In this document: one piece after another, positions 1 to 15,585 of the stretch
Layout of the letters: each line of letters starts with the position of its first letter
Numbering within the stretch: position 1 is the stretch's first letter
Assembly: GCA_012295275.1 (NCBI GenBank)
Contig: CM022671.1
Coordinates: 12,276,001-12,340,000, forward strand
Reading direction: 5' to 3'
DNA length: 64,000 nucleotides
DNA from: Chrysomallon squamiferum
Lineage: Eukaryota > Animalia > Mollusca
Position numbers and translations under genes: made by a program
Notes under the pieces: model-generated
What the model saw: the letters and a program-made list of their open reading frames with translations, nothing else
What the model was told of the DNA's origin: nothing
Database searches by the model: none

Positions 1-279
1 AATTTTTACCTCCCTTGGTCCCAAACTTGTTAGATAAATGGTTTGGCACTTGTATGTGTTTCTTCCATATCTATATTCAGTTGTATGAGGAAAATCTATA
101 TTCAATTGTATGAAAAAATACATCATCAGATTTATATGTTCATTAATATAGATATAAAATGTCAGTAATTTTAATATTGTCAGAATCAGATAATAAAATT
201 TGATGTTGCATGAAGGATTCTTTTTCAAGTTTTTAATTTACAATACTGTATTATAATTGAAAATTACAATACAAATCTG

Positions 280-282
<3 letters not shown>

Positions 283-322
<40 letters not shown>
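283..322. repeat. (TG)n microsatellite
   Basis: About 20 TG units. Similar TG/CA tracts lie at about 6851-6890, 15549-15599, 41611-41663, 59406-59457, 59891-59916 and 63651-63672. Confidence 0.95.
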
Positions 323-327
<5 letters not shown>

Positions 328-491
328 GTAATATAAAGCCTAGATTTAAAACATTTTTTTTATTTATTATCATTATTTTACTTTTTGATTTTTCATTTTT
401 AAATATACATGTTTTAATATATTCATTATACAAACATTAAATAATATTTTTTAAATGTGGCACATATTGTTTCGATTTCAAACATTTTCAG

Positions 492-1546
492 TGGTGGAGT
501 GACATTTACCGAACTGGAAAAGAGTGAAGGTGTGTGACAAATTATATAGTTTTAAAAAACCATATGAAACTTTAAATTCTTATAAATAGATAGCTTTAAA
601 TCAAAAGATTTTGCTATATTCTTCATCTGAAATGACTTTTGTCACTTTATGCTTGCATGTAGCATGTTGCTTATAGTGGTAGCTACAAAATCGGGAATAT
701 TGTTTCATTTGTCTCACATATAATTTGTTACTGTTTTAAACTGTTGTCAAGATGACTTATTGAGTATTAATGATAGCTTTTTCACAACTATAATACTGAA
801 ATCCATTGTACAGTTTGAATGTAAGCAGAAAGTCATGTGATGAGAAAATGCTGACATGTTCTATGAACATACATTATTACACTAATTATTATTAACTATA
901 CTAACAATATAAATTTGAATTTAAACAGTTTGAATTTCTTTTTCTTTTTTTGGTAAATAAACTAAATATTTCAGTCACAAGAAGTTGTATTGAATACCCT
1001 AGATTTTAGTTTAGTTTTTATTTGTTAATCTTATATTTAAATCAAAAATTTTCACAAAACTGTGTTGGATGTTGTGAGCTATACTAGATCCTAAACACAG
1101 ATTTATCAAATAATTTGTGTTTCCCATGTATAATATCTAATTGACAGCTGTAGTTTTACACTCTCGTATCAGATCAGCTAATACCCATGTCTATCCATGC
1201 ATAATGATTCAGTGTTTAGAGGTGTTACTAAACTGTTATTCATTTTAAGTATGTTGAGATCAATGTTCTAACATTTTCCACTTTTTGTAGTGTTTTCATT
1301 ACAGGAGAACATAATTAAAACCATGATGCAGATTGAAGACACATATTACAATCTTGCCAAGTATTTTACAACAAAACAGAATGTTATGATGATCTGTGAC
1401 AGAGGTCTGATGGATGGATCTGCATGTAAGATAACTTCCTGATAATTTTTAGTGGAAAATAAAAACTTAATAATAAAAGTTACATCTGAAAATCATTTTA
1501 TCAGTCAAACAATTTAATAAGCTATAATAATAATAAATAAATAAAT

Positions 1547-1582
<36 letters not shown>

Positions 1583-4547
1583 AAGAAGAAGAAAAGACAT
1601 AAAAGATTTTCACTTCTTCTGATAACTGTAAGTTAATGTTTATTAATGGATAGGAAATAAATTGCTAAAATTTTGTTAAGCAGAAAATATTTTGAATAGT
1701 ATTATTTCTTCTTATTATTTTATTGTTATTTATTTTTTTCTATGCACTGCTATTTCATCTCTCTTTAAATAAGATCTCGTACCAGAGGATTGGGAGTTGA
1801 TGAAAAAGAAGAACAGTTGGCATGAGGTGGAGCTACGAGATAACCGATACAACCAGATAATACATCTAGTGTCAGCAGCTAAAGGAGCAGAGGCTTTTTA
1901 TTCAGTAGCAGGACACAAGACGAGATATGAAGGACTGCAGATGGCTCGGGAGCTTGACACAATTACTGCCAATGTAATCACGTGACTTCACTGTTTTATA
2001 GCTTATTTTTCAAACCTTGCTGTGCTGACAGTTACTCCCAGTATAAACACTGGATTACACCCTCTGCAAGTTCATTATTATTGTTATGCTAATGTGTTGG
2101 TATCTTCATGATCTCACTGCAGACTTTATTTTATTTTATTTTAAACATCATTCTGATAAAAATTACTCCAAATCTAATCATTTGACTTTGTGGTCAATTG
2201 TAATAATCAACTTAATTTTCTGTTATTTAATTGTTAGCTGTATATAATATTAACTGAAAAGTTAATTAGTTTCTGAACATATACATTTTATGAATGTGTA
2301 TTTGAATCACTACTGTATGAACAGTAGTTTGTTATTTATTATTGCTTTTCAGTCATGGGTTGGACATCCTTACTTTGATGTTGTAGACAATTCTGTTGAC
2401 TTTGAAACTAAACTAACAAGAATGATCTCGGTCAGTGCATGTTTAAAGACATATTTTTGTTTATTATTTCAGTGTAAAACTAAATTCTAACTTAAACATA
2501 GTTTTTGATTGCACCCAAAGGCTTTCTCAAGAAACAAATAATAAAAAAATAGTAGCTAATAATCATAACAGTAATAATAGTAATTGTTGTAACATAAATA
2601 TTTATTCATTAATTCATTTAAGGATTTTTCTGCAACTGTTGTAGATGGCAAATTTAATTATGAATGCAAATGAAGCAGATCTGTTGGTAACACAAGATGA
2701 CTTGTTAAAAAGAATGTATTTTGTGTGAGTGAATATATACATATAATGATTTTGCAGACTGTTTGTAACAGACTTGGGATTGATCCTGGTGACCGACTGG
2801 CAGCTAACAGCAGAAAAAGGAAATTTCTTGTTCAATATATTGATGAACAGGTAAAAAAAAATTATTTATAAAAATAATATCTTTTAAATGTTTGGCATAC
2901 AATTTAATAAATTTAAGTCCTTGAAGATGATTATTGTGGGTTTGTGTTGTCAAATTTCTCTATAAAAGTACAGAAATGCTCTTTTTGAATTACCTTCATG
3001 AAACTTATGTATCAGGTGAGCTTGCTCCTTTTCCTTTTCTTCTTTTACAAATATCCAAAAAGTAATAAAATTTTGTTACTTGTGAAAATCAGTAATGAAC
3101 CTGAAGCTACACCTCTGAATATATGGTAAATTTGTTTTGTTTGTTTTTTGTAGAAATTTCCCAGACATCAGGTGTTTGAAGTAGTACATGACTACCTGGT
3201 CACTCCAAGCAGAAAGATGCAAGCCAGGTTAAGAAGACGTGGTCAGAATGGTATAAAAACCTTTGTTGCTCCTATCTATCTATCAATCTATATATATATA
3301 TATATGAAATCTAAAAACTTTAAATATTAAAAATGGTGTCAATCAAAACACACACACACACACATGTACACATATTTTTATTGGGTTTTTTTAATTTTAT
3401 ATATATCAGTACTTGTTTTTTTATTAAAACTTGCTATTGTTTCAGATCGCTGGACATACACGCACACAATCCGAAGGCCAGAAATTAATAAACAAGCTGT
3501 TGAACTTAGAATGCCAATCACTGAAAAAGATTATGAGGTTAGCAGAAGTGATGTAGATAATATCATCATAAGTAAATATTAAATATCTGTATAGAGGTAT
3601 TTACATTTTGAGAACAATTACTTCTTTTATGTGAGAAAGGTATTCAGTAATAAGCTGCATAGATAAATCAGAATTTTTTAATTATTTCACTTAAATTTAT
3701 GTTTAAAACCTTTTAAAGCCCTCATATAATCTTGATTTGCCTGAATTAATGCCACATTAGTCATAGGCATTAAATGACATGAGAAAATAAAATGATACTA
3801 GCTGTTATTTATTATTATGATTTGTTTTAAAGATTTTACTGGCTCAGCGAGATGACAGACATATGACAGTGTATAAAACTAGAAGATGTTTTCTATGGAA
3901 AAACCAGTATTTCCAGCTTGATATTTATGAAGAACCACATCCACCCAGGTTGGATTTTTATTTATATCAAGTAAATAATACAGGCTTTATTACATAATCA
4001 AGGTTAAAACAAATGTATCCTAAATAATTATTTTAATTTCAGTAAATTAAATCATAAAAATTTATACTTTTTTTAAAATAAAAACTAGATCTACAAATTT
4101 TTCATTACAAGAAAAAATTATTTTCCATAGTTCTCTAATAACCTAATTATAGAACAATAATGTCTTTTTCTCAGAATATTTGATTATTACTATTCTAATA
4201 CTTGTTTGGTAACATTAACGAAACTTTGAATTGTTCTTTACTAATGTTAAAATTATAGAATCTTTCCATCTTTTTAATAACAGTTTTTTTTTTAATTAAT
4301 TTTGTTTGAAACATGATTATGAATTTTTAAAAATATTTTTAATGTTTTTTGTCACAGATGTAAAGGACTGATGTTGTTGGAAACATACACAGCACAAGAA
4401 AATGTCTGCCTTCCCAGTTTTGTGACAGTTGAGAAAGAGGTTACTGACGACCCCATGTATTCCATGTACACTTTGTCACTGAAAGAAGAGTGGAGTAATC
4501 CTTCAAAATCAGAAATTGAAATCATGACACAGGGGGATGATGACTAA
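492..4547 (+). CDS. Ttd14: TRPL translocation defect 14-like protein (NadR/Ttd14 AAA domain + CYTH-like domain), 5'-partial
   Basis: Nine phase-consistent GT-AG exons: 492-529, 1291-1425, 1774-1973, 2353-2430, 2758-2850, 3154-3250, 3446-3537, 3833-3948, 4358-4547 (TAA). Joined peptide of about 345 aa: GGVTFTEL...[16 protein letters not shown]...[12 protein letters not shown]...[19 protein letters not shown]...[13 protein letters not shown]...RKRKFLV...QARLRRRGQ...[18 protein letters not shown]...LLETY...[16 protein letters not shown], typical of Ttd14. The P-loop exon lies upstream of the window. Confidence 0.9.
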
Positions 4548-6845
4548 TAAAACTGTTTGTCAAAACTGACAGATCATATCATAACATATTTTTCAGATCT
4601 CTTAAAGAGGACATTTTTCAAACAAAATTTTAAATATAATTTTTGTCAGTATATTCTGATATCAGACAGTGTTGCATTTATAGTTTTATTTCATTCTTGT
4701 TTCTGCTGTAAAGGTTTGCAGTTGTCAGATGGAATCAAACAGAATTGTGTTAGGAGTTTTAAAATTAAAACAAAAATTGACATTATCATCAATTGTGTTT
4801 GTTTGGAGAAGAATATCACTTTTAGAGATATTTTAGTATTGTATTTGAATTTTGCTTTTAGAATTACTTAGCAGCTCTTCTACATTTCTTTTGTTTTTAA
4901 TTAATTTCACATTTTAGTTCATTTGAAGTGAAAAAAGTTAAATGTAAAAATAAATAAAAAGTCAGGCAACAAATACTGGTAATTAATTACCATTTTTGTT
5001 TAATATAGAATTTCATATGATGTCAGAAATATGAAGTATTTTACTGTATATTGCTTGTAAAATTCTTCCTGCACATATACTGTATTTTTGTCTAAAAAAA
5101 AAAGAAAAAAAATCAGTGTAACATTTTGATGGTTCTTTACATCCTTTTTCAAAACTGTAGTCATTAAATGTATTAAATGTAAATTTTAATTTCAGTTATT
5201 GAAAGAAGTAAATAAATAAATAAATAAATAAGAAAGCTAAAATAAAGTCCATAGAAATAACTAAATACATTTTTCATAGCAGTTTTATTTCTACCAACTT
5301 TGCATATTTTTCCTTTTTTTTAGTTATGTAATTGCACTGTTTTAATTAAGTAGGCAAGTGGTGATTTATGTTTTTATTAGTCATATTTTTTTTTAAACTT
5401 TTCACATAGAAAATTTTGTAGAGCATGGACTTTGATGCAGTTTGTTTTTGATGGGTCTCATTACAGTGTTACTTTCATTGAGAAATGATTGTAATAAACA
5501 TAACAGTAGCTAACTCACAATACATTTAAACATATTTACATGACAAATCAGATCTCATCACTCTAGCTTGAATTGTTGTACAGATTTAAGTGACTGACTG
5601 TACCCAGGTAACAATATAATCAAGTTGATACATGTATATTAAATAACTTTATACATATATAGTACTACCTAAGGTGCTTGAATCTCATTTACTTATTTTA
5701 CTATTACAACCAAATGAAATTGACTTAATATTTATTACTAATATAATTAAAGAGATTTAAAATGAAAAGGATTTGAAAGAAAAATATATAATTTTTTTTT
5801 TATATTCTAAGATTTATTATCATTTATATATATATTTGTTTAGAATTTTTTCATTCTTTTTAGATATTTTGGTTCATATTCATTGTTTTTTTAACATTGA
5901 AACAAAAGACAATGGGGATAACACTAGTCTTCATAAAGATGCATTAAATTCAAATTCAGCATATTAATTGTAATGCATTTTGGTACTGAATTGTTTTTGT
6001 TTTACTTTTAGAATATATGTAACAAGTGAAGTCATGCATTTATATTTTAAAATGCAGCATTTTATTTACGATTTACAATTTCCTTTTTGCCTTATTTTCT
6101 GTATTTCATAATATAACATCAATTTTTAAAAATGCTCAAGGATTTTTGATTTAGAAGAAACAAATACTTACTAATGGTAATTACTTATATCATATTTATT
6201 TGAATTTGTTTTTTATTTTTAATTTTACTTTATTTTTATTTAATGCTGATAATTATGTATTTTTATATTATTAACATTTAGAACAGCTGTGTTTATTATG
6301 CAAAAAAAAAAAAAAAAAAAACAGCACAAAAACCCCAACATATTTCAGTATGTTTTAGATGATAATTTTTATGAATTTTATTATGAACATTCAGTTCAGC
6401 CATAAATTATTTTCTTTTTCATGTAATTATTCCACATTTTATCTTCATTAATATCCTGAATAATAATTGTGAACAGTAAAAAACAAAGCCAGTAAAATAA
6501 TTCTGTTTGTGCATTTACTTGGTATTTTATTTATTTATTTATTTATTTATTTAATATTATTATTATTGATTTTATTTATATATTTATTTTCAATTTTGTT
6601 TTGTTAATTTTTTTTTTTAATTTTTTTTAGGTTAATAGCAAGAATAATATTTGGAAGCCTTTTGAAAAAACCAAGCAGTAATGAAATAAATATTTTATGT
6701 TTATTTTGAACAGGTGGTCTGAACATATTTCTTAACGTTATTTTGTTTCCAGTTTTTGCTAATAATAAAATAAAAATATTCTGAGGAGAAATTGTTTTCA
6801 GATGATGTCACTGTGGACAAGTAAACAAACTTTTCTTGAGCATTT

Positions 6846-6891
<46 letters not shown>

Positions 6892-7677
6892 TACCTATAC
6901 ACACAAACAAAACTGATTAATTGCAAATGCTTATAAAATTTCTCAACTCACTATTGAGAGTAGTGGATTCATTATTTAATTTTTTATTATTGATTCTGAT
7001 GCTGCCTAAAACAAATTATACATCAGTAACAAGTCTTTTGTGTTTCTGTTTTTGAAATGAAAGCACAATAGAACACTTTAAAAAAAAAGTAAAAAGTAAT
7101 TTACCGAAGTAATTACAGTTCATCACAAACATTTATATTTGAGCTTAGTCTAAAAACAAGCTTGTCTGGTCATCATATTTTGTGACTACATGATTGCAGC
7201 ATATTGATGTTTCGCTTGATGATCTACTGATGACATTAATAAAAATGTTATTTCCACTCATCTACACCTAGTTATTTTGCTGATAGCAGAAAGTGGTAAA
7301 CATGCACATTAAGTATGTATTTAGATCATTTATTTGTAACAATTTGTTAGAGTTCACAAAAAATCTAGTAATGATTTGTTTTAACATAAATAAATTGGTG
7401 AATTAGTCTTGCCAGTCTCATTTTCCAAATGTTTTACATTGTAATATATAAATTATTTCTACTTGTGCTTGTTGAAATTTCAGTTTTTGAAAAATAAAAT
7501 ATACTGTCAATTTACAAAACATTTTGTCTCATTTCAAAAAGTATGTAGATGTGGTATGCTTTGCATGCAAAAAATACCTTTATCATCTAGATCAGGGTAA
7601 ACGTCAGGTCTAGACCATTAATACATTCTTAACTGTAGTTTTATTGTCCTGATGAAAAAAAAAATTATAGTACATCA

Positions 7678-8792
7678 TCTTGTATCATTATCAGCTAACA
7701 CCCACATGTCTGTCCATGCATAATGATTCAGTGTTTAGAGGTGTTACTAAACTGTTATTCATTTTAAGTATGTTGAGATCAATGTTCTAACATTTTCCAC
7801 ATTTTGTAGTGTTTTCATTACAGGAGAACATAATTAAAACCATGATGCAGATTGAAGACATGTATTACAATCTTGCCAAGTATTTTTCAACAAAACAGAA
7901 TGTTATGATGATCTGTGACAGGTCTGATATTTCAGAAACAAAATTTTAAAAAAGTATTCAAATAGGATATAAAAATGTCATGTACATATAATTTAAGTTT
8001 CTCTTCAGCTTGTGAATGTAGAAATAGCATTAAAATTAATATTATTTCCTGTACATACATTTTTGTATACCAGAGAGAGAAAGATGACCCCATGTATTAA
8101 TGTGCTTTATTTTCATGTTTATGAAATATGTAGTTACTTGTATTGTTTTTATTGTAAATACAGTAGATAAAAACAAAAACAAAAAAAAACAATACATTTT
8201 TGTGTTGAGGACAAAAACTGAATTTATAGTTTGAAAAAAAAAAAAAAAAAAAGATTGGCAACAGCTGCTTTCAGTTGTCCTCTGAAAATCATATTTATTA
8301 CAACTGTGTAGGTTTAGCAAACTTCTAATCATTCATTTTTCCCTTTTTCTCTGCTCCACTCAACCTGAACAGATTGTCAGACATAGTCTCCAGCAATATC
8401 AATTTCCACATTTAAGTATTTAACTTTTTTTTTTTTTTTTTACAAGCATGGTTAATAATCCTTTAGAAGCATACATGAAACAGCTCAGGCTGTTTTTGTT
8501 TTTTTTGTGTACACGTCAGATGATGTGAAACTATACACTTGATTCCATTTTTAATGATAAATATTCGAGACATAAAAATTATGCAGATGTATTTAAGATA
8601 TATTTGTAAAAAAAAAAAAAAATACTAAATAAATAATAGTAATAATTAAATTAATAAATAACAAATGAAATTTTTAAAAAATCACATTTAAAATCAACAT
8701 ATATTATCTAAATTTGTAAAATCTATTAAAGTAAAAATTTAGGCAGCTAAAAGCAGAAAAAGGAAATTCCTTGTTCGATACATTGATGACAG
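7678..8792 (+). pseudogene. Decayed partial tandem duplicate of the Ttd14-like gene (two fragments)
   Basis: 7678-7928 closely matches 1162-1411 (intron end plus most of exon 1291-1425), with T>M and T>S changes and a 2-nt deletion. 8742-8792 matches 2799-2850 ([16 protein letters not shown] vs [16 protein letters not shown]). Same strand and order as the original. Confidence 0.85.
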
Positions 8793-11341
8793 TATAAATT
8801 TTTTTTTAAATTTAAATAATGTAAGTAAAAAATAGAAGTAAGGGCAATGACAGCCACCATTTAAATAGCTTATATTTGAAATGATGAGATATGTATACAT
8901 AGTTTTGAGGCTGCTTTATGATTAATGTTTATTACCATCAGACATTTGTAAAACACTTAAACTGGATTTTACTTGATTTGCCTTGGTATCGTTTCAGAAA
9001 AGAAATTTGGAACAAAATAAATAAGAGAAAATAAAGAAGTCAAGGCAACATTTATGACTAATAGAATTTAATTTAACATTTTCACAGTTTAACAATATAC
9101 ATCGTTCAGCTATTGTTAACAAACAGTAATTTAAACAGAAATTGTGATTCCTGGTTATTAATTCAGAAGTATACAAAATGAAAAGTACTAATGACCAAAA
9201 ACACACAAATACAAAAAAAAAAAAAAATAATAATAACAAAATAATTTAAGCATTTTAATATTTTAAAAACACAAAGAAATCGGTGAGTTTTGGGATTTTT
9301 TTACACAAGTGGTTTTGTAAATACATTCACATAACATTATTCTCTGGACTATATTTAATGATAGAAACATTACCTGTAACTGACTGGGATGTCTGTCTTT
9401 ATAAATCAATGCATGGATTGTTCTATTTATCACTTATTGGTGCTTCTAATAATAAATAGAGTTTGTCATGATTTGCAGTCTGGGCTGAATGTTGGATTTC
9501 AACAGTTTCTTTAACAATGATGTTTGTGAAATGATAATTTTTTTGCCAATTATGTTCTGCTTTTTAATGATGATGGAAATATCAACTACAAAACATACCA
9601 GAAAATGCTGAGTTTACAAATAACAAAACAATTATCTAGTGTGTATTCGGCAATCCTACCACACTATTACAAAAAGAAGAAAACAATAGAGACACTTAAA
9701 CAGCTCGATCACCATTATTAACAATCTGAATGACAAAACAAACAAAAGCAACATTTAGCTGGAATTATGCACAGTGGTCTGAATATAAAATTTGATACTT
9801 ACACAATAAAATGAAATAATAAAAATAATTTTATTACAATATATATTTTTCATCTTGTACAGAAATAAATAAATAAATAAATAAATAAATAAAATTAAGA
9901 AAAAAACAAAAACAAACATTAAACACAATTTAAAGCATCTGAAACATTAATAAAATAAACATTCAAGAAATAAACTACATACAGAATTAATCAATATTAT
10001 CAGATGTGTTTATAAAACTATCACTAATGGAATGACCATACCTGTTGGTTAAATACTGACACGTGGAAGGTCAACATGATGTAATATTTTGTAATAAAGT
10101 TCAGAAGTAAACAAATAATTATAACCACGATAGTTTCATAAATTATTTAAGTTCTTATTTCCCATTATTGCTATATTCATAGAAAAAAAAGAAAAAAAAA
10201 GAGATATATAAAAAATATTTATGTTGTTTAATAATTATACTTTTCTTATCAAAACGTGAAACATATTCACATTGAACGTGTGTTTGTATGTATGTTGTTT
10301 TTTTCAGGATTCTTATTAACAAATATTAATGTTTTGTTTCATTTTCAACAATAACAGAACTCCTAAAAATACATCCATTCTTACCAAAAAAAATGTAACA
10401 TAAAAAATTTACTGTAAATCTATAGGCATTATTTAACATTGTGTTTTGTACAGTTTATTCCAGTATCTAACAAATGAATACTGTTTTTAACAATCATGTT
10501 TAGAAAAGTTTGTTTTTATAAGTCATTTTGCATTTTTTTAAATTTTGTCAAATGTAATTTATGAGTCATCATATCAAAATATCATTAATATACCATCACA
10601 ATGTCATTAACAATTCATACAGCTGAAAGAAATGAGAAGTAACCTACAAACAAAACATGTAATATATTTAGTACATTTGTGACACTTTGAACTAATTATA
10701 TATACATACATATTTTAAAAGATCAAAAGGAAAATGTTTAAATTTATTATTATTATTTTTTTTTTTTAATTAATTTATTTAATCATTTATTTATTCATCT
10801 TATTATTATTTTTTTTTTTTTGGTGGGTGTGGGATTATTTCATTTTTCTAAAGAATTGAATAATAATTTTAATCTTTCAATCATAAAGAAAAAACTTATT
10901 TTATAATGAAAAACAGCAAGCAAATATGAAGGAAAGAAACGAAAAAACATCCAAGAACAATTGTTAATTTTTATACATTTGTTTTTTTGTTTGTTTCTGT
11001 TCATTCAAAATATTTTTTAATAATCACACTATTTTAATTCAGTGCTAAATCATATAAACCTAATTAACATCTATAGCACCACTACATTTCATAACTTTCC
11101 TTATGGGTTTTGAATAAAAAAATTAAAAGAATACTCGGCATATTTACTTCTCTTATATTTTGCTTAATGCTTTTGGTTAACTGAAAAAGAACAATTGTAA
11201 ATAGATAATTATGCTAAATATTCCACCTGAATTTTTTTTTTTTTTTAAACAGATTGTATTGTTGTATCCTAAAATAACCAGTAATTTGGTTGCTGAACAT
11301 ACAGTTGGATGGAATTGTAAAACCCTATAAAAATAGTTGTG

Positions 11342-14300
11342 CTACCAGCTTGCTTTGTGTTTGTCAGCAGTTTTCCATATAAAATCACGATGACTGGCAT
11401 ACAATTCTAGATTTCTATTGATGTCCATCCACTGAACATTTACAGCATCATCACCTAGTGTTCAAAATAAAACAATATAAATAATCAGCATAAACCTTAG
11501 AAATTCATATCTTACAATTTAATATATTTTGAACATACTTTCGAAAAGTGATCGTGTGAACCAGTCTTTTCACTGGTTTTTATACCATCCTAATGACCGA
11601 TTTTTTTTCTTTTAGAAAAACATATTCAGTTTCTTTACAACAACTTTTATTTTATCCTGAATGTTTGGTCAATTCACAAAAACAACTTTATCAAGACAGT
11701 GGTATGTGCTTGTTTGGAGGTTTAACATAAAAGATTCCTTGCTGCAACCCAATACAAATAACACTTGGTGAGTTTTTCCTTTTATTTTTTCATTACACAA
11801 AATTTTTTTTAAAATTTGAAAAGATTTGTGAAACTTATTCAAAAGGCAATAATACCAACATATATAATCTTGTGTGGTAGATGTCACAGAGCAAATTCTT
11901 ACCTGCATGTAATTTAAAATTTGCGACACTATCACCATTGTCATCATGGAAATTCATTGCAATTGTTTCCATCCATGAATTATCAGTATTTCTAGGATCA
12001 TCAACATAACCTCTAAATACCTGATGGATCAACAGAAATCATATGGACTATAATAATAATAATAGTAGTAGTAGTAGTAGTAGTAGTAATAATACTGATA
12101 ATTACAGAACATTTCAAAAATTTAGAACTTTTTCTACTAAATGTATATATCAAAACGTTTTTTACAGACTTCATTTTTGTTTTGTTTTTTTGTGTGTGGT
12201 GGAAAAACAGGTACTTAATACTGTTAACCAATAAAAGTAACAATGAAAAATAGTATAGTTCCAGTTCATAATTAATGTTAATGTCTTCTGACATGTAGCT
12301 TGTCATCAACATCTGTCAGACTTTGCAGTTACATGAGTTGACTATAGATCATGGCAACAGAAACTACACAGACAAAAGAAATTAATAAATTTTTAAAAGC
12401 CATAATTACCTACCTCTTGACCTTTAGAAAATAATGCATTAACAGCACTCTCTATTTTCTTTTTTTCTTCTGGAGTGGCTTCTAGTTTATTGAGGGCTTC
12501 CTCACTAAATTCACGTCTTATTGTGACAGTTACTGCTTCACCTGGGTCCACCATTCCCTGTAATTACACAACTGAATACATCAACTTATACCTTCCATTT
12601 TGCAGCATTTTAAAATAAATATAGAAAATATGAAAGTCTTTTACATTATTTCAAAATTGCATTAAACAGCTGGATTTCTGTTTTCAGACACATTTTAGAT
12701 TTATTTCACCATATAAGCAAATATAGTGGAAGTATTTATTTTATTATTATGTAATTTTGCTTGTTACCCCAGGCAGAGCCCACTGTTTGTTATCTCTGCG
12801 TTGAACTGCAATGAACTGAAGAATGTTCTGACCGTTTTTGTCTTTTTCAATTTCCTTTGTACCATTTTTTCTTTTCCACCTGTGTGGAATAAATATGCAA
12901 AATATTGGAAAAATCAAAATACATTCAGAAAGAACAACATACAACTTATTTTAGTTAAATAAGAAATATGTTGTTATATTGTTTTGATATGTAAGCCATA
13001 AGGTTTTTTTTGTGTACATAAATCTACTGTTCTCAAGAGTGGTGAACTGAGAAGTAAAACAGAATAATTTACTTTTTAAAATTATTTAGAACTGGAGGAT
13101 TAAAAGAAACAAGTAGTTACTATCTAAAGTTAGTTAACAGCTCGAATTGCACCAAGGTACACCTAAAATATACATATATATGTATGTATGTGTTTGTGTG
13201 TTTTGTATAAATAAATAAAGATATTGTCCAGTATATAATATTAATGAAAAATTCAAAACAAAAAAATACACAAAAATAATAAAAATAAATAAAGCCATTG
13301 ATATTACCTAGTAACTATTGGATCTGCTGCATGATTGGGACCCCAGCGTCCTAACAACCCTCGTCCTTTTAAACCTGTTCTACCATAAGGATTCCTAAAA
13401 ATAAAAAATAAAAGATAACTTAAATCTTCTCATATTTGTTACATTTTAGAAAATAAATTTCAAAATTAAAAGTATCATAGTAACATGTGTACAAAAGATG
13501 AATTTTAAAAAATAGTATCACTGTACTTCACTAAAATGGGCTAAATAACTCTTGACACAAAACTGATGTTTACATCACTGAGTCACATGAGATAAATCTG
13601 AAATTAATTTCACTTTAAATGACACAAAACCATTTTTTTATTTTTTTTAAATTGGATAGATAAATAGTCAGGTGCTTCAGATATTCAGACAAATTTCATT
13701 ATGTGAAGGCTCAGTAATTATGTAGGTAATAACTGACTGTAAGTTTGAGAAGAGATCAGCACTGAAGTTGTTTACATCATCAGAAATTATAAATAATTAT
13801 AATATTTTTAAAGGTTAGTATATAGCTTTTCATTGTATATGATTTCAAAATAACTATTATAAACAGAAATAAAAATTACCATTTCTAAAAATACCATTAC
13901 ATAAAAAAAACCGTCAAGAACACTACAGATGTTTGTGACATAAAATCAATAGTACAGATAAATTGGGTTTTGTACACTTTAGTGATTAATTATTATAAAT
14001 ACTGATATTAATTGGATCCTGCAGTGTGATAGATCTTGAAACTGATGCTACAGGTTATTCAAATTCATTGTTATAATAGTTTAATGATCAGGGATAAACA
14101 AATATTATCAAATTGTACCTACCTAGGTCTGTTTTCCACAATCTCATAGTCTCTTATATGACTCTTTCTGTTTACATTTGCTTCTTTGTCATAGGCATTC
14201 CATTTAATAAGCTTGATCTTACTACAATAAAAAAGGAATTTGCATAGGCAGATTTATATATAATTGTCACATTGCCCTAAGCTGGAATGGTGTAAGGTGT

Positions 14301-15547
14301 TTTCAAATGATTCTTATTCCTTGACAGGTGTGGTCAGGGTAGCAATGTGGAAATGAATGGCATGCCAAGGTCACAATGTGATTTCTTAACACTGTGCAAG
14401 AAAGAGTCTCTCAGCAATACTTCCAGAATAATATTCTAACATCTTTTCAATGTCTTAAAGCCTCAAACTCCTTACTATAGCTCTTTATTTCCTAATTTAT
14501 TTGAGCAAACTATTTTTAAACTAATGTTTATTTTATTTATTTATATTTAGCAAAATGAAATGTCAATTAAGGTCTGACTAATATTTTATACTGTTATGAC
14601 TGAGAACTGAAATATGTTACCTGTCATCCTTAGGATCTGCCCACAAAGGCAAAGGATCATCTATCAGTGATTTAGCTGTGTATTCTGGTGGCTGGTATCC
14701 TTCAAACTCTACATCCCATGGAACTTTGTCATCAGGTACATGAAAGCGTTTTAGGTCAGTGCGAGGGTAAGGTGTGGTTCGAGCCTTTATGTGGATCATT
14801 TCACCTAGTCTTCCAGCACGAGTACCCATATAGCTACTAAACTGCAGTAATAATTTACAAATTCAACTTTTAGAAACATACACACACAGAGTCAAACTTT
14901 GATAATTCAAACAAAAAAGGTTTAGCAACTTACTGAATTTCAAAAATTTAAATAATTCGTACAGACAGGTTCATTTCACACTCTCTTAAATATTTTGTAA
15001 ACTAGGTAAATAACAATATCAATATATGATACAACTCAAATGAATTTCACATACATGTGCACATGGATGTTAATATAAATCTACATATGCAAATATAAAT
15101 TTAAAAATTGAAGAAACATTACCAGAAACATATAAACTGAAAACATGACTCCAAGTAAACACCAACACCTTGTATTTTCACCTTTACAAAGTTGTTGGAA
15201 CTTATTCAAGATAATTCCATTAAATGGCATTCAAATTGCAAAAGTTTCGTTGCATAAAGGAACTTTAACAGTTTACTACTGCAATTATGTATTATGTAAA
15301 GAGATGTGTATAGTAGGCTATTTCATTCCAGTTAATAACAATCCACTTTTCTGTAATTATGCAGGGAAGTTTGACTGTGTATTTTATAAATACATCTCTT
15401 TTTGGACCAAATGATATTTACTGTTTTACAAACAAACACACACAGACACACGTGTGTGTTTTGTGTGTGCTTGAATAACAGAAAATGGATTTATAGTGTT
15501 TTGGAACCCAACTCTTCATATATATATTTTTTTTTTTTATTATTAGA

Positions 15548-15585
<38 letters not shown>

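Noticed and set aside
251-433. Short ORFs with [12 protein letters not shown], poly-I, poly-F or poly-K runs (also 6701, 12013, 15402, 20063, 61651, 62019)
   Set aside because: Translations of microsatellites and homopolymer tracts.
4557-4871. 104-aa ORF right after the Ttd14 stop as a read-through extension
   Set aside because: Two tandem TAA codons close the gene, the ORF starts at TTG in a different frame, and the composition is typical AT-rich 3'UTR.
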